DNA of 64,000 bases, from positions 2,709-66,708 of the IMG/VR virus record IMGVR_UViG_2706795090_000001, one strand, 5' to 3'. Shown piece after piece: positions 39,401 through 48,238 of this stretch (the first letter of the stretch is position 1; each line of letters opens with the position of its first letter). The DNA comes from a virus. Lineage: Duplodnaviria > Caudoviricetes. The notes under the pieces are model-generated. The model saw only the letters and a list, made by a program, of their open reading frames with translations. It was not told the DNA's origin and made no database searches. The position numbers were made by a program, and so were the translations under genes.

Positions 39401-42400
39401 TTTATCAGAAGCTAGACCATTCTGGTCAGAACCAAACTTAGGTACTTCTATATCTAACCCTTCACCTACAGCAAGTAAGAAGAAGTTCTCTTCTGGTGAA
39501 CCAAAAGTAAATGTAGTATTCCATTCACGGTTAACTAGATAACGATGAATCTTAGAAGCTTGTGGGTTAAATTTATTACCAATACCCATACGACCTTGCT
39601 TCCAAACAGTATGTTCTAAGTAGAAAGGTGTATTGATGCCTTTATCCTGTACTTCTTCATACCATTCTTGAGCAATCTCTAGTTCACGTTCAATACTACG
39701 ATTCTTACCTTCTACACTTGGTTTATTCACATCAATTACAGTATCTAGATTACTTACATAACCCATCATTTCTTTCTGTAATTCTGGGTTAAAACCAAAG
39801 AATGTTTGAACAGTATTCTCTCTAAAGAAATATGGTTTAGCTTGGTCAGCTTCCAATACTCTCTTCTGTGATTCAGGTACTTGTTGAGTAGACTTAGCTA
39901 CTTTTAAATTACCTTTAACTGGTTTAAAGCTAGGCATTGGTCTTTCATAAGATGAACCAAATACATCCTGCATAAATGAAGATTGCTTTTTATTAGCTGC
40001 AAAGATGTTATCAATGTCGTTGGTTAAATCTAATTGAACCAATTGAAATGTAGTTCTATCCCCGAGTTTCTTAATTGAGTCTGGAGCTTCTGAACCATAC
40101 AAAGATTTAATCTGAGCACCAGTAACACTCTCTGATTCTTTTAATACACCTGAGTTCTCTAGAGCTGAGTAAGCCCATAAACCAAGTGAAGTCTCTAAGT
40201 TAGTTTGAGCATCAATTGGAGCATTATTATCTAACTTAAGATTTAATGTTTTAAATGCAGCAGTACCCATAGAGTTAACTACTGATTGGAAACGTACACC
40301 TTTAGGAATTAAGTTATACAATTCTGGTTCAACATAATCTTCATCAGATAAACCAAGTAAACCTCTCATACTTTCTTCTGATTGGTAATTTGATTCTTTA
40401 CCTGATGAAACAATCCATTGATATGCTCCAACTGCCATAGCAGTTTTTACATTCTCTGGTAGATTACCTGACTCATCTACCAAGTATTGGGTAAAGTCAT
40501 TACCAATAAACTCTTCCTTAGCTGCAAAGATTTCATCTAAAGCTTTATTAAATGAATCATTAAACTTAGTAAATTCAGTAGCTACTTCCATAGCACCAGT
40601 AGGAACTACAGAACCGTAGAACTGTTTAAGAGTATTTTCTGTATCTAGTTTTAACTTAGAACTAAAGTTAGCAATCTTATTTAAAGCAGATTGTTTATTA
40701 CTTGGTTTGAAATATTCACTAACCAAGTTACCTTCTTTATTGGTTAATTCTTTAGCTAACGAATAATCTTTATCTTCAGCAATATCCAACGCAGGTTCAA
40801 CTATAGTAGTCACCGGAGAAGCTTCAGCTTCGACAGGTGTAACTACGGAAGGTTGAACCGGAGTGTCAGTTACTTTTTCAACAGTCTCAGAAACAACCTC
40901 TGGTTGTTGTGGTTGGGTAACCTCTTGTACTGTTTGGTCACCACCAGTATCTACAATTGGTTGTTCAGTAGTATCTTCTTCAGTTGGTTTCTGAACAGTA
41001 GGTTCTACAGAAGGAATAGAAGAGTATTGTTGATACACTTGGTTCAACAGGTTAGCTTCTTCACGTACTTTAGATACTAGTCGTTTAGAGTTATTACTAA
41101 TCTTCAGTGAACCAACTTGTACTGGTTTACCAGTATTAGTTGCTTTAACCAATGCATCTTCTAATTGAATAGCTTTACTTGTTTGTCTTTCAGCAAACAG
41201 TTTTAAACCTTCTAAACCTTTAGTCTTAATATCTTCATCACCGGAAAGAATCATGTTTTGGTAATCTTTAATACCAAGCATCTTTCTTTTAGTTTGTGGG
41301 TCTGTACCACCATTGATGATGTTATCTGATACCTGACTAACAGTACGTAGATTCTTCTGAACTTCTGCGTATGTTTTTAGTATTTGGTTCTCTTCTTCAG
41401 TTAACCCATTATCAGCATCCGCTAGAGCAATAGCTTGAGATTCAGATAACGTAGTAGGATTATCCCTAAATGAACCAAATACACGTCTAGCAGCTTCTGT
41501 ATCATTCTTTGTTGCTGCTTCAATATCATTGGATACCTGTTCAGCATCTACCACTGTAGGACGCATAGCACGAACAATTGGAGCTGCTTTGCTAATTGAT
41601 TCTTCTAACTTAGGAACCAAAGTATCTAATTCTTGTAAACGAGCTTGTTCTTCTGGTGTACGTTCAGTTTTAGATTCAAGTTCTACATATTCATTAGTTA
41701 ACTGAACCAACTCAGCTTGTTTACTTAGTACTTGTTCTTTAGCTGTTTCATAATTCTGAGTACGTTCTTCGGGTGTAACACCTTCTACTTCATTACGTTT
41801 AGCTAAAGTATCTACAGAAGTATTTAAATCAAATGTAGGTAATTCAGTATTGGTTACTGGCTCTAAATTACCAGTTTCGATAGCTTCTTTTTGTACTTTA
41901 CGTTTCTGTACAAATTCAGTGTTCTTTACTTTATTAGTTACAGCTTCACCAGCTTTACCTGTAACTGCTTTAGCAGCTTCAATAGTAGGACGTACACTTG
42001 CTGCACCACCACCTGCTAATGCACCCATCAAACCAGAAGTAAATGCACCTTTATAATCAGGTTCTTCTAACTTAATTAAACTTTCTTCTACAATGGTTTG
42101 ATAAGCTTCAGTAGCAGCTTCAGTTAATGAAGTAGTACTTACCTTTGCAGCAGCATCTAAAGCTTTACGTCCTTTGGTTAATGCACCTAATGCAAATAAG
42201 TCACCTGCTTGTTCAGCAAGTGTCAGTGAACTAGCTAACTTAAGTTGTTTTTGTAATTCTTCAGTAGTAGGTAATCTTCCATTCTTTTCTTGAAAATCTA
42301 CAATTGCAGTAGCAAACGCATCTGAACCATAACCAATAGAAGATACTGTTTGTAATGCTGAACCAGTCTTACCTAGTAAACCAAGAGCAACACCACCAAT

Positions 42401-43204
42401 TACTTCAGCAGTTAACTCACCTACAGCTTTAGCAGCATCTAGTGGGTCTTCTACTTTATCAAAAGTATCAAACACTGCATCAGCAGCACCACTAGCAATA
42501 TCACTTACACCATCTAATACTTTACCTTCTTTAATCTTAGAGATAGCAGTATCTAGTGTTACAGCAAACTTAGTATCAGCAACTTCAGCAGCTTTAGTAA
42601 TTACATCTTGGTTCTCTTTGTTAACAATAGAATCCAAGTTAAAGAAATCTTTAATATCTTTCTGTAAGTTAGCAGCACCTAAACCATACTCAATAGCTTC
42701 TAGGTTAGTCTTACTACCTTCACGTTTTACTGATTGAGTTTCAGGAGCAACATCAACACCATAAGTATATGTATTACTCATAGTACTGGTTGGAGTTACT
42801 TTACGTTTAATCTTTTGGTTCAGTAATGCTTCATCTTTCTCAATACCTTCATAGGTAGTACCACTATCCTTAGCATTACGGTAACGGATATAAGCAGCTT
42901 TAGCTTCATCAGATACAGTAAGTAAATCCATAGTACCTAAACCAACAGGTGCTGAAGCTACATAACCAACAGTCTCACTTACACCTGCTAGCGCAGATGC
43001 AGCTACGTTAGTTAAATAACTCAATGGGTTATCTGTATCTTCTGCTAATAGTGCTTGTCGTCTTTGTGCTTCTTGTGCAGCAGCTTGTTGAGCACTTTCT
43101 ACATAACTAGTAGAACGTAAGGAGGCTAATGCCTCCTCACTTACTTTACTCAGATTTTGATTAGTACTTGCTGACAAGGATTCTAGAAAATCAATGCTTG
43201 GCAT
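33482..43204 (-). CDS. virion-encapsidated RNA polymerase (N4 gp50-like)
   Basis: 3240 aa; KQGRM, REVDGITNG (A), RNIAKNPLMTSIYG (B), NVHDA (C); no Cys noticed, as in N4 vRNAP. Confidence 0.96.
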   Translation of the reverse strand: MPSIDFLESLSASTNQNLSKVSEEALASLRSTSYVESAQQAAAQEAQRRQALLAEDTDNPLSYLTNVAASALAGVSETVGYVASAPVGLGTMDLLTVSDEAKAAYIRYRNAKDSGTTYEGIEKDEALLNQKIKRKVTPTSTMSNTYTYGVDVAPETQSVKREGSKTNLEAIEYGLGAANLQKDIKDFFNLDSIVNKENQDVITKAAEVADTKFAVTLDTAISKIKEGKVLDGVSDIASGAADAVFDTFDKVEDPLDAAKAVGELTAEVIGGVALGLLGKTGSALQTVSSIGYGSDAFATAIVDFQEKNGRLPTTEELQKQLKLASSLTLAEQAGDLFALGALTKGRKALDAAAKVSTTSLTEAATEAYQTIVEESLIKLEEPDYKGAFTSGLMGALAGGGAASVRPTIEAAKAVTGKAGEAVTNKVKNTEFVQKRKVQKEAIETGNLEPVTNTELPTFDLNTSVDTLAKRNEVEGVTPEERTQNYETAKEQVLSKQAELVQLTNEYVELESKTERTPEEQARLQELDTLVPKLEESISKAAPIVRAMRPTVVDAEQVSNDIEAATKNDTEAARRVFGSFRDNPTTLSESQAIALADADNGLTEEENQILKTYAEVQKNLRTVSQVSDNIINGGTDPQTKRKMLGIKDYQNMILSGDEDIKTKGLEGLKLFAERQTSKAIQLEDALVKATNTGKPVQVGSLKISNNSKRLVSKVREEANLLNQVYQQYSSIPSVEPTVQKPTEEDTTEQPIVDTGGDQTVQEVTQPQQPEVVSETVEKVTDTPVQPSVVTPVEAEASPVTTIVEPALDIAEDKDYSLAKELTNKEGNLVSEYFKPSNKQSALNKIANFSSKLKLDTENTLKQFYGSVVPTGAMEVATEFTKFNDSFNKALDEIFAAKEEFIGNDFTQYLVDESGNLPENVKTAMAVGAYQWIVSSGKESNYQSEESMRGLLGLSDEDYVEPELYNLIPKGVRFQSVVNSMGTAAFKTLNLKLDNNAPIDAQTNLETSLGLWAYSALENSGVLKESESVTGAQIKSLYGSEAPDSIKKLGDRTTFQLVQLDLTNDIDNIFAANKKQSSFMQDVFGSSYERPMPSFKPVKGNLKVAKSTQQVPESQKRVLEADQAKPYFFRENTVQTFFGFNPELQKEMMGYVSNLDTVIDVNKPSVEGKNRSIERELEIAQEWYEEVQDKGINTPFYLEHTVWKQGRMGIGNKFNPQASKIHRYLVNREWNTTFTFGSPEENFFLLAVGEGLDIEVPKFGSDQNGLASDKALEEVQKQLDKPEVRNAIDAMKDVLRLSGERELPVELQTVIADGVKAIRTNMKGYLSIVAMAEYELAKESGATEFTHNLAREVDGITNGVAITTLQFATDNVEAMFNMLQRMGIYNSNITYNEWIANPANQDSYKTLARDWEKAIQLKAMSDAKYAKDYNVVSKLFGSFIKVNELTGKEEVTKQGRNIAKNPLMTSIYGASIGTIADNIGSQGIEKVYERLETVYKGLIERTLTQEAARAEVNEVLSIVNYLTGSKRVIRNTKDLKEFKLKPNEVKNFKKVVSGIYQNPLKEAMDKEYKVSFDSRNKLNAAANLAHALFVNMYNKRKAEILKQTGNKQLTVEEEKNLVESLKTVTPIVNTATSKISSKDLTKQLDTGLMLSGYEMTPITDRSVQVTINPKNLKSGKKSRTTNGQLRTFSEPGAAAIPTMTQSIDAATQVSIINNATILNVHDASYIDGNKFGSTKETYNKGFLMVNSLYSIPQEIGVMLNRVVTGFDGDSKDLEEPIVKAAKTVLGRDAKWVAQRGLQQTLNDINSFITGLGQDHVNNKNKVMNNIVRSEQYSNGEDSAYVREVKQVKEITVNTSNTAFKVVENDLLTAIDNMLAVTQNQDYKLILNAVKKFKLDDITLVVNPNLKSVAKYQERTMKSMGKLKTLRAIQIKDVNSNQLEEALVHELIHAITANAINNPKTAKEVMLVKRLKAIQSKLPRQPLNGDRLTKQYLDIARIEIAELVTYGLTNRGVQDTLKNIVGTESSSLWGDFVTSVRKFLGLNTDKQSLLSDLLYAFEDYTTNNNLGSSAYTDIRNDFTFDEARRIDGYNSEQVFDELQQVSLIKDEPEHLEYLRSVLNNVVNKVIQPFDLYLGASDQTETIGATDGVDMFIVNQTQGSQPLSGSLANGIRMSASEVFVHELVHNVSMFGIDNKYAERNELYKLWLQAKKVVTVRDFMNDPSMLESDPRFADEYQAAEQRYKHVFEPRRDTVVNGRAKSNYLHEFVALGLTNNNFRKALSKIEYQNKASEMNTATGSLGRLVQGIYNWFNKLLNTLNAKLLSTYGKPVDQQLAQLFQSFAGIDSSNKAQLRKHMERATEVFTRPVQEVINRVQPGIERNLVQPLDKFKKLSKKQIKEAVKNGKVQTVTEITNETYNKLRQSNSTAANLFLSLVTESKGRFNAVAVLHDMKRLANKNIDRYRMQVRNDYRTAINEAFAEKLTVQEKDALSHAFLKTDITSLLNDFSQDQIIELMRDKQYLAQTIQQYETNLNQYTGYTAFYIRQAKNLGKFMITGVSSIPNGLMNAKNIADAIGTPRTMPKFARQAEPTIDVLASLYAISNLSDNHRRLINGLVSKEVSRTDGGNGITFTINLLKEFRSKTLEEFKENSRHIQKGFMTDKVNPDIAIKVGTIDDQEEFEAQGYAIGSALPKDPSDPDTETKYLFVNGHGGQPANIGGVAYLLNDAARGTSVTLNTTGSFNGSSTGTLDTWKTKNAKKVSANWNKRTLDSTTYAVPLVNEAGEIVDYRYVMNDNTKNDILQRDTSFDDIMGIMFSGLAVKNDIKRENKELVKVLKEMYTNTPNRAEFVEISPQSTNEEYREIFRLLPEDMKEEIRRVWGSDSMLVRKDSVDLLFGYHKYTAANLWKLSKAERGLVQEAFVMFVNMIFGKKAAMRVRQGEELLEALAKTVKDIIVIKTGVVTLGNMVSNMVLLKMMGVPIKDIIAGHKDSFTAMREYKKLNQETEQVRLKLSNANLTRAQRSVYESKLVQLEDRLANNPVIDLIDAGLLSTIVEDVDTEVQEYKLSQRIKRKYAETSWAERLEDATNRIPNSVKDVFKEALVMQGSNLYGFLSEAAQFSDFGARYVLFQHMTKNKGIAKDEAAGQVMDIFIDYDLPTHKGIQYLNDLGLLMFSKYLVRVQRIIAKTFLENPARALSIMLLQNFFGDVPDIMDSTMIIETNPLTRLANPVESFINAAPDIITAKVFS

Positions 43205-44472
43205 TACTGAGTTCCTTTTAAAATATTTTCATTAGTTCTTTGGTTCTTTATAGCATCACGTAACCGTAATACTTCCTTGGATTTCATATTACTTAATTCA
43301 ATCTGCTTTTGTCGAATACTCTTTAAGTTCTCTTGAGCATTCTTTGCATCTTGCCCATAAGCAAAGTATTCAATAGCAGTATTTTTAAGTTTATTTTTAA
43401 TCTGAGAAGTAGAACCAAGAGCAATACCACCATCAGTTGTAACTGGTGCACTCATAACCAAATGTGTAATTACATCATCAGGAATTCTGTTATATTTCTT
43501 AGCTTCTGATTCAGGAATACCTAGAGCTATTAAACCTTTACGAACTTCTTTTAAAATACCTTTATCAGTTTTTAAGTCTTCAAATTTATTGGTAATGTCT
43601 TCACCCTCATATTCACCACCCCACCAATCCGGCGCTGAAAGGTCTAATCTTTCTGGTGCAAATTTAGCAATGTACTGACTTAGGGTTAACTGACTACGTA
43701 AGTTAGTTGTGTCTTTCAATGGGTCTTTCTGAATAATAGCTTCTTGTTGTGCAGCAGAATCCAATAGGTTTTGTTGTTCAACTTGGAAAGCAGACTCAAT
43801 ACCTTGAATACCTATATCAAATAGAACCTTACCTTCTGGTGTGAGTTGGTTCATGTACTGTAGCTGACCCATAGCATTGTTACGTACAGCAGCTTTAACT
43901 TCGATTGGTTTACCTTGAATCAAAGCTTCAACACCTTGACGAATTTCTTCTTGAGATTTACCACCAAGTAAACCTTCAGAAATAAATGCATCAACAGTAG
44001 TAGCTGTACTCTTGATATCATTATCCAATGCTTTACGAGCCAACATATCATTACGTTGTTCAAGTTTAATAGTACGGTCTAATTGCTTATCTTTATCTGC
44101 ATAGATAAGGTCATCTTGGTAATCAAATGCTTTAAACAATTCACTACGATTAACCTTATCACCATACTTGAGAAGCAAATCATCAAAGGAAGTATTCTGA
44201 TATTGTTCAATTGTTTTAATACCTCTGATAGCTTCTAAAGCTCTCTGGGTATTGTCTGCAATTGTTTTCTCTTCTTCCTGTTTTAACTTTAGCTCAACTT
44301 CTTCTGCTTCTTTAGTAATTCTATCTTCTTCAGCAATATTAACTGCTCGTTGAGCTGAACCAATGTTAGTTAAACCTTGGATTGCTCTGTCAAAAGATTC
44401 ACCAGCATTAGCTAAACCTTGCTGTACACCCCCAAATGAAGGTGCATCAATATTACGCCAAGTAATTGCCAT
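43204..44472 (-). CDS. ejected virion protein (N4 gp51-like)
   Basis: MAITWRNI N-terminus; syntenic position. Confidence 0.7.
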   Translation of the reverse strand: MAITWRNIDAPSFGGVQQGLANAGESFDRAIQGLTNIGSAQRAVNIAEEDRITKEAEEVELKLKQEEEKTIADNTQRALEAIRGIKTIEQYQNTSFDDLLLKYGDKVNRSELFKAFDYQDDLIYADKDKQLDRTIKLEQRNDMLARKALDNDIKSTATTVDAFISEGLLGGKSQEEIRQGVEALIQGKPIEVKAAVRNNAMGQLQYMNQLTPEGKVLFDIGIQGIESAFQVEQQNLLDSAAQQEAIIQKDPLKDTTNLRSQLTLSQYIAKFAPERLDLSAPDWWGGEYEGEDITNKFEDLKTDKGILKEVRKGLIALGIPESEAKKYNRIPDDVITHLVMSAPVTTDGGIALGSTSQIKNKLKNTAIEYFAYGQDAKNAQENLKSIRQKQIELSNMKSKEVLRLRDAIKNQRTNENILKGTQ

Positions 44473-44474
44473 GA

Positions 44475-44882
44475 TTATTTAACTCCACTGGTATTGATGA
44501 ACTCAGCCTTGTCCATCGGATTCTGTCCATAAGCAGCTCTACGAGCTACATCGCGGTCATACAATTGTTGGTTAGTTAGTTGTACTTGGTTTGCCCAGTT
44601 CTTTGCAAATGCATCTTTCTGGAATGCTAATTGGTCTTTAGCTAACCCTAACTGTTGCATACCTAACCAAGCATTAGCAGCAGTACCTAAACCTTGTACA
44701 GTAGGTGAGAACCAACCAGTACTTTCACGATTACCAAACATATTGGTTTTATCCGTAGCACTATCCATCCAATTACGGAAAGAATCCAATAAACTTGGTG
44801 ATTGTGCAGGGCTACCTAAATTAAATTCAGGAGTCTTATATTGTAAGTCTAGGTTAGGGAATGCCCATTGATTTTCATTCAT
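44475..44882 (-). CDS. virion protein (N4 gp52-like)
   Basis: LGLAKDQLAFQKDAF; syntenic position. Confidence 0.7.
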   Translation of the reverse strand: MNENQWAFPNLDLQYKTPEFNLGSPAQSPSLLDSFRNWMDSATDKTNMFGNRESTGWFSPTVQGLGTAANAWLGMQQLGLAKDQLAFQKDAFAKNWANQVQLTNQQLYDRDVARRAAYGQNPMDKAEFINTSGVK

Positions 44883-44891
44883 AAATCACCT

Positions 44892-47096
44892 TCAAATTAA
44901 ATTTAAATCTAGTTTAGTGTTCACAAAGTTAGAAACACTTTCAATACTTAGTATACCCGGATTCTTTAATTCTATTGTTCTATTAAAGTAATCTGTTGGA
45001 CTTTCATTAGGTAACATACCAACATTAGTAAATAAACTTAAGGGGTCTAATACTCTTTCAGTTGGTTTAAGTAAGTCTTCTAATGATTCTAGTTTAGTTT
45101 GATATTCTTCTTCTAAGTCAGTTAGTTCAGTAGTTACTTCAGTAATAGCTTCTTGAGTTAAACTTGTAACTGCTTCATTTAAGTTAGTGCCAATACTTAA
45201 AAAAGTATCTGCTAAAGGTAAATCCAATAAACTACCAGAAACACCATAAGCCAATGCTAAACCAGCAAATACATAACCCACATCTAATCCTGCTTCTTCT
45301 ACTGCAAATTTAAAAGTTGCACTTGCCAATGCAGACACAATAATCATTTTACTGATTAGTAAAGCTGTAGCAGTTAAACCGGCAGAAATAGCAACAGTAA
45401 TACTATTTACTAAATTAGCTAAACCACCTGTAACTACACTGACTGCTAAAACTAATATTTGACTAACAAATCTAAAAAAACTTGTTTCATACCATTTTAA
45501 TTTCACCACTTCAAAAGCATTGAATACTATTTTAATACTTTCATAGTACAAAGTGTTCGCATCTCTTAATGGTAAGCTTTGTGCAATTGCAACGTTTAAT
45601 GGAATAACCAAAGGTGTATTTTGTTGTTCACCCCCAGTTAAGTTTATAGAACCCCATAAACCCGTAAAGTAACCTAACCCTGAACCAAAGATATTATTAA
45701 TGTGTACTAAACCATGCACAATTAATTCTTTATATCTGTTAGGTGTTATTTGCTTTCTGAGTATTAACCTATTCATATGGTTTTCTAGTAACATCCCATT
45801 ACCACCGCCCGGCCAACGAATACGCATAGGATTTTTATCGGCTATTAAAATATCTTTTGTAACATCACCAATTTTACCAACTACACCAGAGTATTCTTTT
45901 ACAGTTATGTACGCAAAACCAAGTTCTACTTTATAAGTAGCATCTTCAATTTTTACAGAGTTAAGAGGTGCTGGCCCAAATATAGGTGAAGTCCACCACT
46001 TTAAATATTCAAACTCATTGGTTCTTGCCCTAGCAAACTCATCTTCAAAATACTCATATAAGTATTTTTTACCAGCATCACTAGTTGTATGTACATCTAC
46101 ACCAAACACAATATAAACGTGGTTAATATTTGCAATATCAGGATTATTATTTACACCTTCATGTAATTCTTCAATTTTTAAATCCATGAAGTTAAGTAAT
46201 TTTTTACTGGTTTGATATAAAGGAGTATTCCAGTAAGGTTGACTGGTTAAACTAGTATAGTTAACTCTCAAAGGCACCACAGGAAAATAAAAAGTACCTG
46301 ATGGTTGATTACCACTTTCACTATCTAAATTAAGTTCTGGATATCTTTGACTCTTTGGGTAATAAGACCACCATCTTTCATTCTTAGGCCAACGAGTATC
46401 ATTATAAATACTTCCATCAGAATTTAAGATTTGGTAATTAACCGTGTAGTATACACTCCCGGCAGTAGTTACTATTGGTTCATGGTAATCATAAAATTTA
46501 TAAGGAGTATCTCTAGGCACACCATTAAACCAAGTATTGGCTTCTATCTGTATTGGTGCACCTTCATAGTTCAACCTATAAAATTTAATCTCAGAACGTC
46601 TAACTTTACCATCACCCCATAAGTATAAAAACTGTGTAGGGTAAAGTAGATTACCATCTCTATCTGTTTCCCACTGTTGGAATCTGTCACTCATAAGTAA
46701 TCTTTCTAAACCAATAGCTTGGTCACTTGGGTCACCTAAAGCAACAGAAATAATATTTATAGTTTTACCTTGTTGCAGTATCCAAGGGTATTCTTTATAT
46801 AAAACATCTCTTACTACTTCTGGTTTAGGGGGTGACCAACCTTTACTACCTTCAGGTAAACCATTTGTATATACATCTCTAGCATATTCAAACATTGGTC
46901 TAATATCCTTTACTGCAAAGCTATTTAAAGTTGCGTCTAAAATATCTGGAACCAATTCTCTATTGGCTAGTATAGAGTTAAGAATAGATTGCCTAATATA
47001 ATCAGGTGTATCTTGTATAAGTGATTGTGTTGTACTTGCTATATAAGTACGGGTTTCATCAAATAATCCCATAATAAAAAAGGGATGGTTATCCAT
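44892..47096 (-). CDS. structural/tail protein (N4 gp53-like)
   Basis: FPVVPLR, KWYET and hydrophobic C-terminal segment; syntenic position. Confidence 0.7.
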   Translation of the reverse strand: MDNHPFFIMGLFDETRTYIASTTQSLIQDTPDYIRQSILNSILANRELVPDILDATLNSFAVKDIRPMFEYARDVYTNGLPEGSKGWSPPKPEVVRDVLYKEYPWILQQGKTINIISVALGDPSDQAIGLERLLMSDRFQQWETDRDGNLLYPTQFLYLWGDGKVRRSEIKFYRLNYEGAPIQIEANTWFNGVPRDTPYKFYDYHEPIVTTAGSVYYTVNYQILNSDGSIYNDTRWPKNERWWSYYPKSQRYPELNLDSESGNQPSGTFYFPVVPLRVNYTSLTSQPYWNTPLYQTSKKLLNFMDLKIEELHEGVNNNPDIANINHVYIVFGVDVHTTSDAGKKYLYEYFEDEFARARTNEFEYLKWWTSPIFGPAPLNSVKIEDATYKVELGFAYITVKEYSGVVGKIGDVTKDILIADKNPMRIRWPGGGNGMLLENHMNRLILRKQITPNRYKELIVHGLVHINNIFGSGLGYFTGLWGSINLTGGEQQNTPLVIPLNVAIAQSLPLRDANTLYYESIKIVFNAFEVVKLKWYETSFFRFVSQILVLAVSVVTGGLANLVNSITVAISAGLTATALLISKMIIVSALASATFKFAVEEAGLDVGYVFAGLALAYGVSGSLLDLPLADTFLSIGTNLNEAVTSLTQEAITEVTTELTDLEEEYQTKLESLEDLLKPTERVLDPLSLFTNVGMLPNESPTDYFNRTIELKNPGILSIESVSNFVNTKLDLNLI

Positions 47097-47118
47097 CCCT
47101 CCTCCAATTAGTTAACCA

Positions 47119-47595
47119 TTAATTAGGTTTTTTAATTTGTGTAATTAATTCATTATATCTATTTGTGATTTCATTATTGGTAAATGCAGTAGGCGGTGCA
47201 ATTGATTCATCAGTTGAACGTTGTACGTTCCAAACATCTACAGCAATCTTAGTAGCTTTGTTAAAGGCATCATCTTTAAAACCTTTAATCTGCGCTGCAT
47301 ATACTTCTTTCTGTTTACCAATCAAACCAGTAACAGGTACACCATCAACTGTATCAGAAATCTGAGCTTGTTCAGTTTTAACTTTCTGGTCAGTTAGAAT
47401 ACCTTGTAAACTGTAACCTACCGCCTGAGTTAAAGCTAAGTTAGTCATCGCAATGTAAGCTTCAGCATAATTATCACCAGTAATACGACCAGCAGTTACT
47501 TCACCTTGTAGATGTAGTTTAAGTACCTGCATGAATTTATCAAAGATACCGTCACCATCAATTACACCAGTAGTAATATTAATTACATCAGCCAT
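47119..47595 (-). CDS. structural protein (N4 gp54-like, short)
   Basis: GDGIFD..M; GRITG..YA; GLIGKQ. Confidence 0.7.
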   Translation of the reverse strand: MADVINITTGVIDGDGIFDKFMQVLKLHLQGEVTAGRITGDNYAEAYIAMTNLALTQAVGYSLQGILTDQKVKTEQAQISDTVDGVPVTGLIGKQKEVYAAQIKGFKDDAFNKATKIAVDVWNVQRSTDESIAPPTAFTNNEITNRYNELITQIKKPN

Positions 47596-47597
47596 AA

Positions 47598-48197
47598 TTA
47601 GTTACCTGCATATTGGTTTGGTGCACTAATAGAATAACCAAGTGCTTTCTGAGTTTCTGCTAACTCTTTCAACTCTTCAGGAGTCAATGGAGGTAGTTCT
47701 ACAATGTCAAATGCTTTACCAATTTGAACATCATCTAGAGTACTATGTTGGTGTCCTTTATCCACTTGACGAACATTCTTAATACAAGTTTTACGTTTAA
47801 GAATATCAACTACGATACGTGGAATATGCCATACAACATCTTGTGTACCATTGTAAGGAACAAACACACGGAATGTGCCAATGATAGAGTTACCTACTGT
47901 AATGAATTCACCTTTACGTGATTTACGCATTGGGTCATGACAAATAACATTACAACGAACCAACTTCATAGCTTCTTCACGAATCTGTTTAGCAGTTTTC
48001 TTAACTACATTAGTAGATTCTTTTACTTCTTCTTTTGGTTCTAGAGCTTCTGCTAGAAGCTTCTTAAGAGTTTCAAGGTTAGCATTATGATGAAATTTAA
48101 CCTTCATCATAGTTAGCTGTTCTTTAATACGTACTAGTTCTTCTTTTTCTAATTCTTTATCTAGGTTTAGTTCTTCTGACATGGTGTTATCTCTCAA
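47598..48197 (-). CDS. conserved protein (N4 gp55-like)
   Basis: GEFITVGN; LPPLTPEEL..LA. Confidence 0.75.
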   Translation of the reverse strand: MRDNTMSEELNLDKELEKEELVRIKEQLTMMKVKFHHNANLETLKKLLAEALEPKEEVKESTNVVKKTAKQIREEAMKLVRCNVICHDPMRKSRKGEFITVGNSIIGTFRVFVPYNGTQDVVWHIPRIVVDILKRKTCIKNVRQVDKGHQHSTLDDVQIGKAFDIVELPPLTPEELKELAETQKALGYSISAPNQYAGN

Positions 48198-48203
48198 TAG
48201 TTA

Positions 48204-48227
48204 AAATAGAGTCCCCGAAGGGACTCA
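48204..48227 (-). terminator. terminator after the capsid gene
   Basis: minus-strand GAGTCCC-TTCG-GGGACTC followed by T-run. Confidence 0.8.
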
Positions 48228-48238
48228 TTTAATTTAAA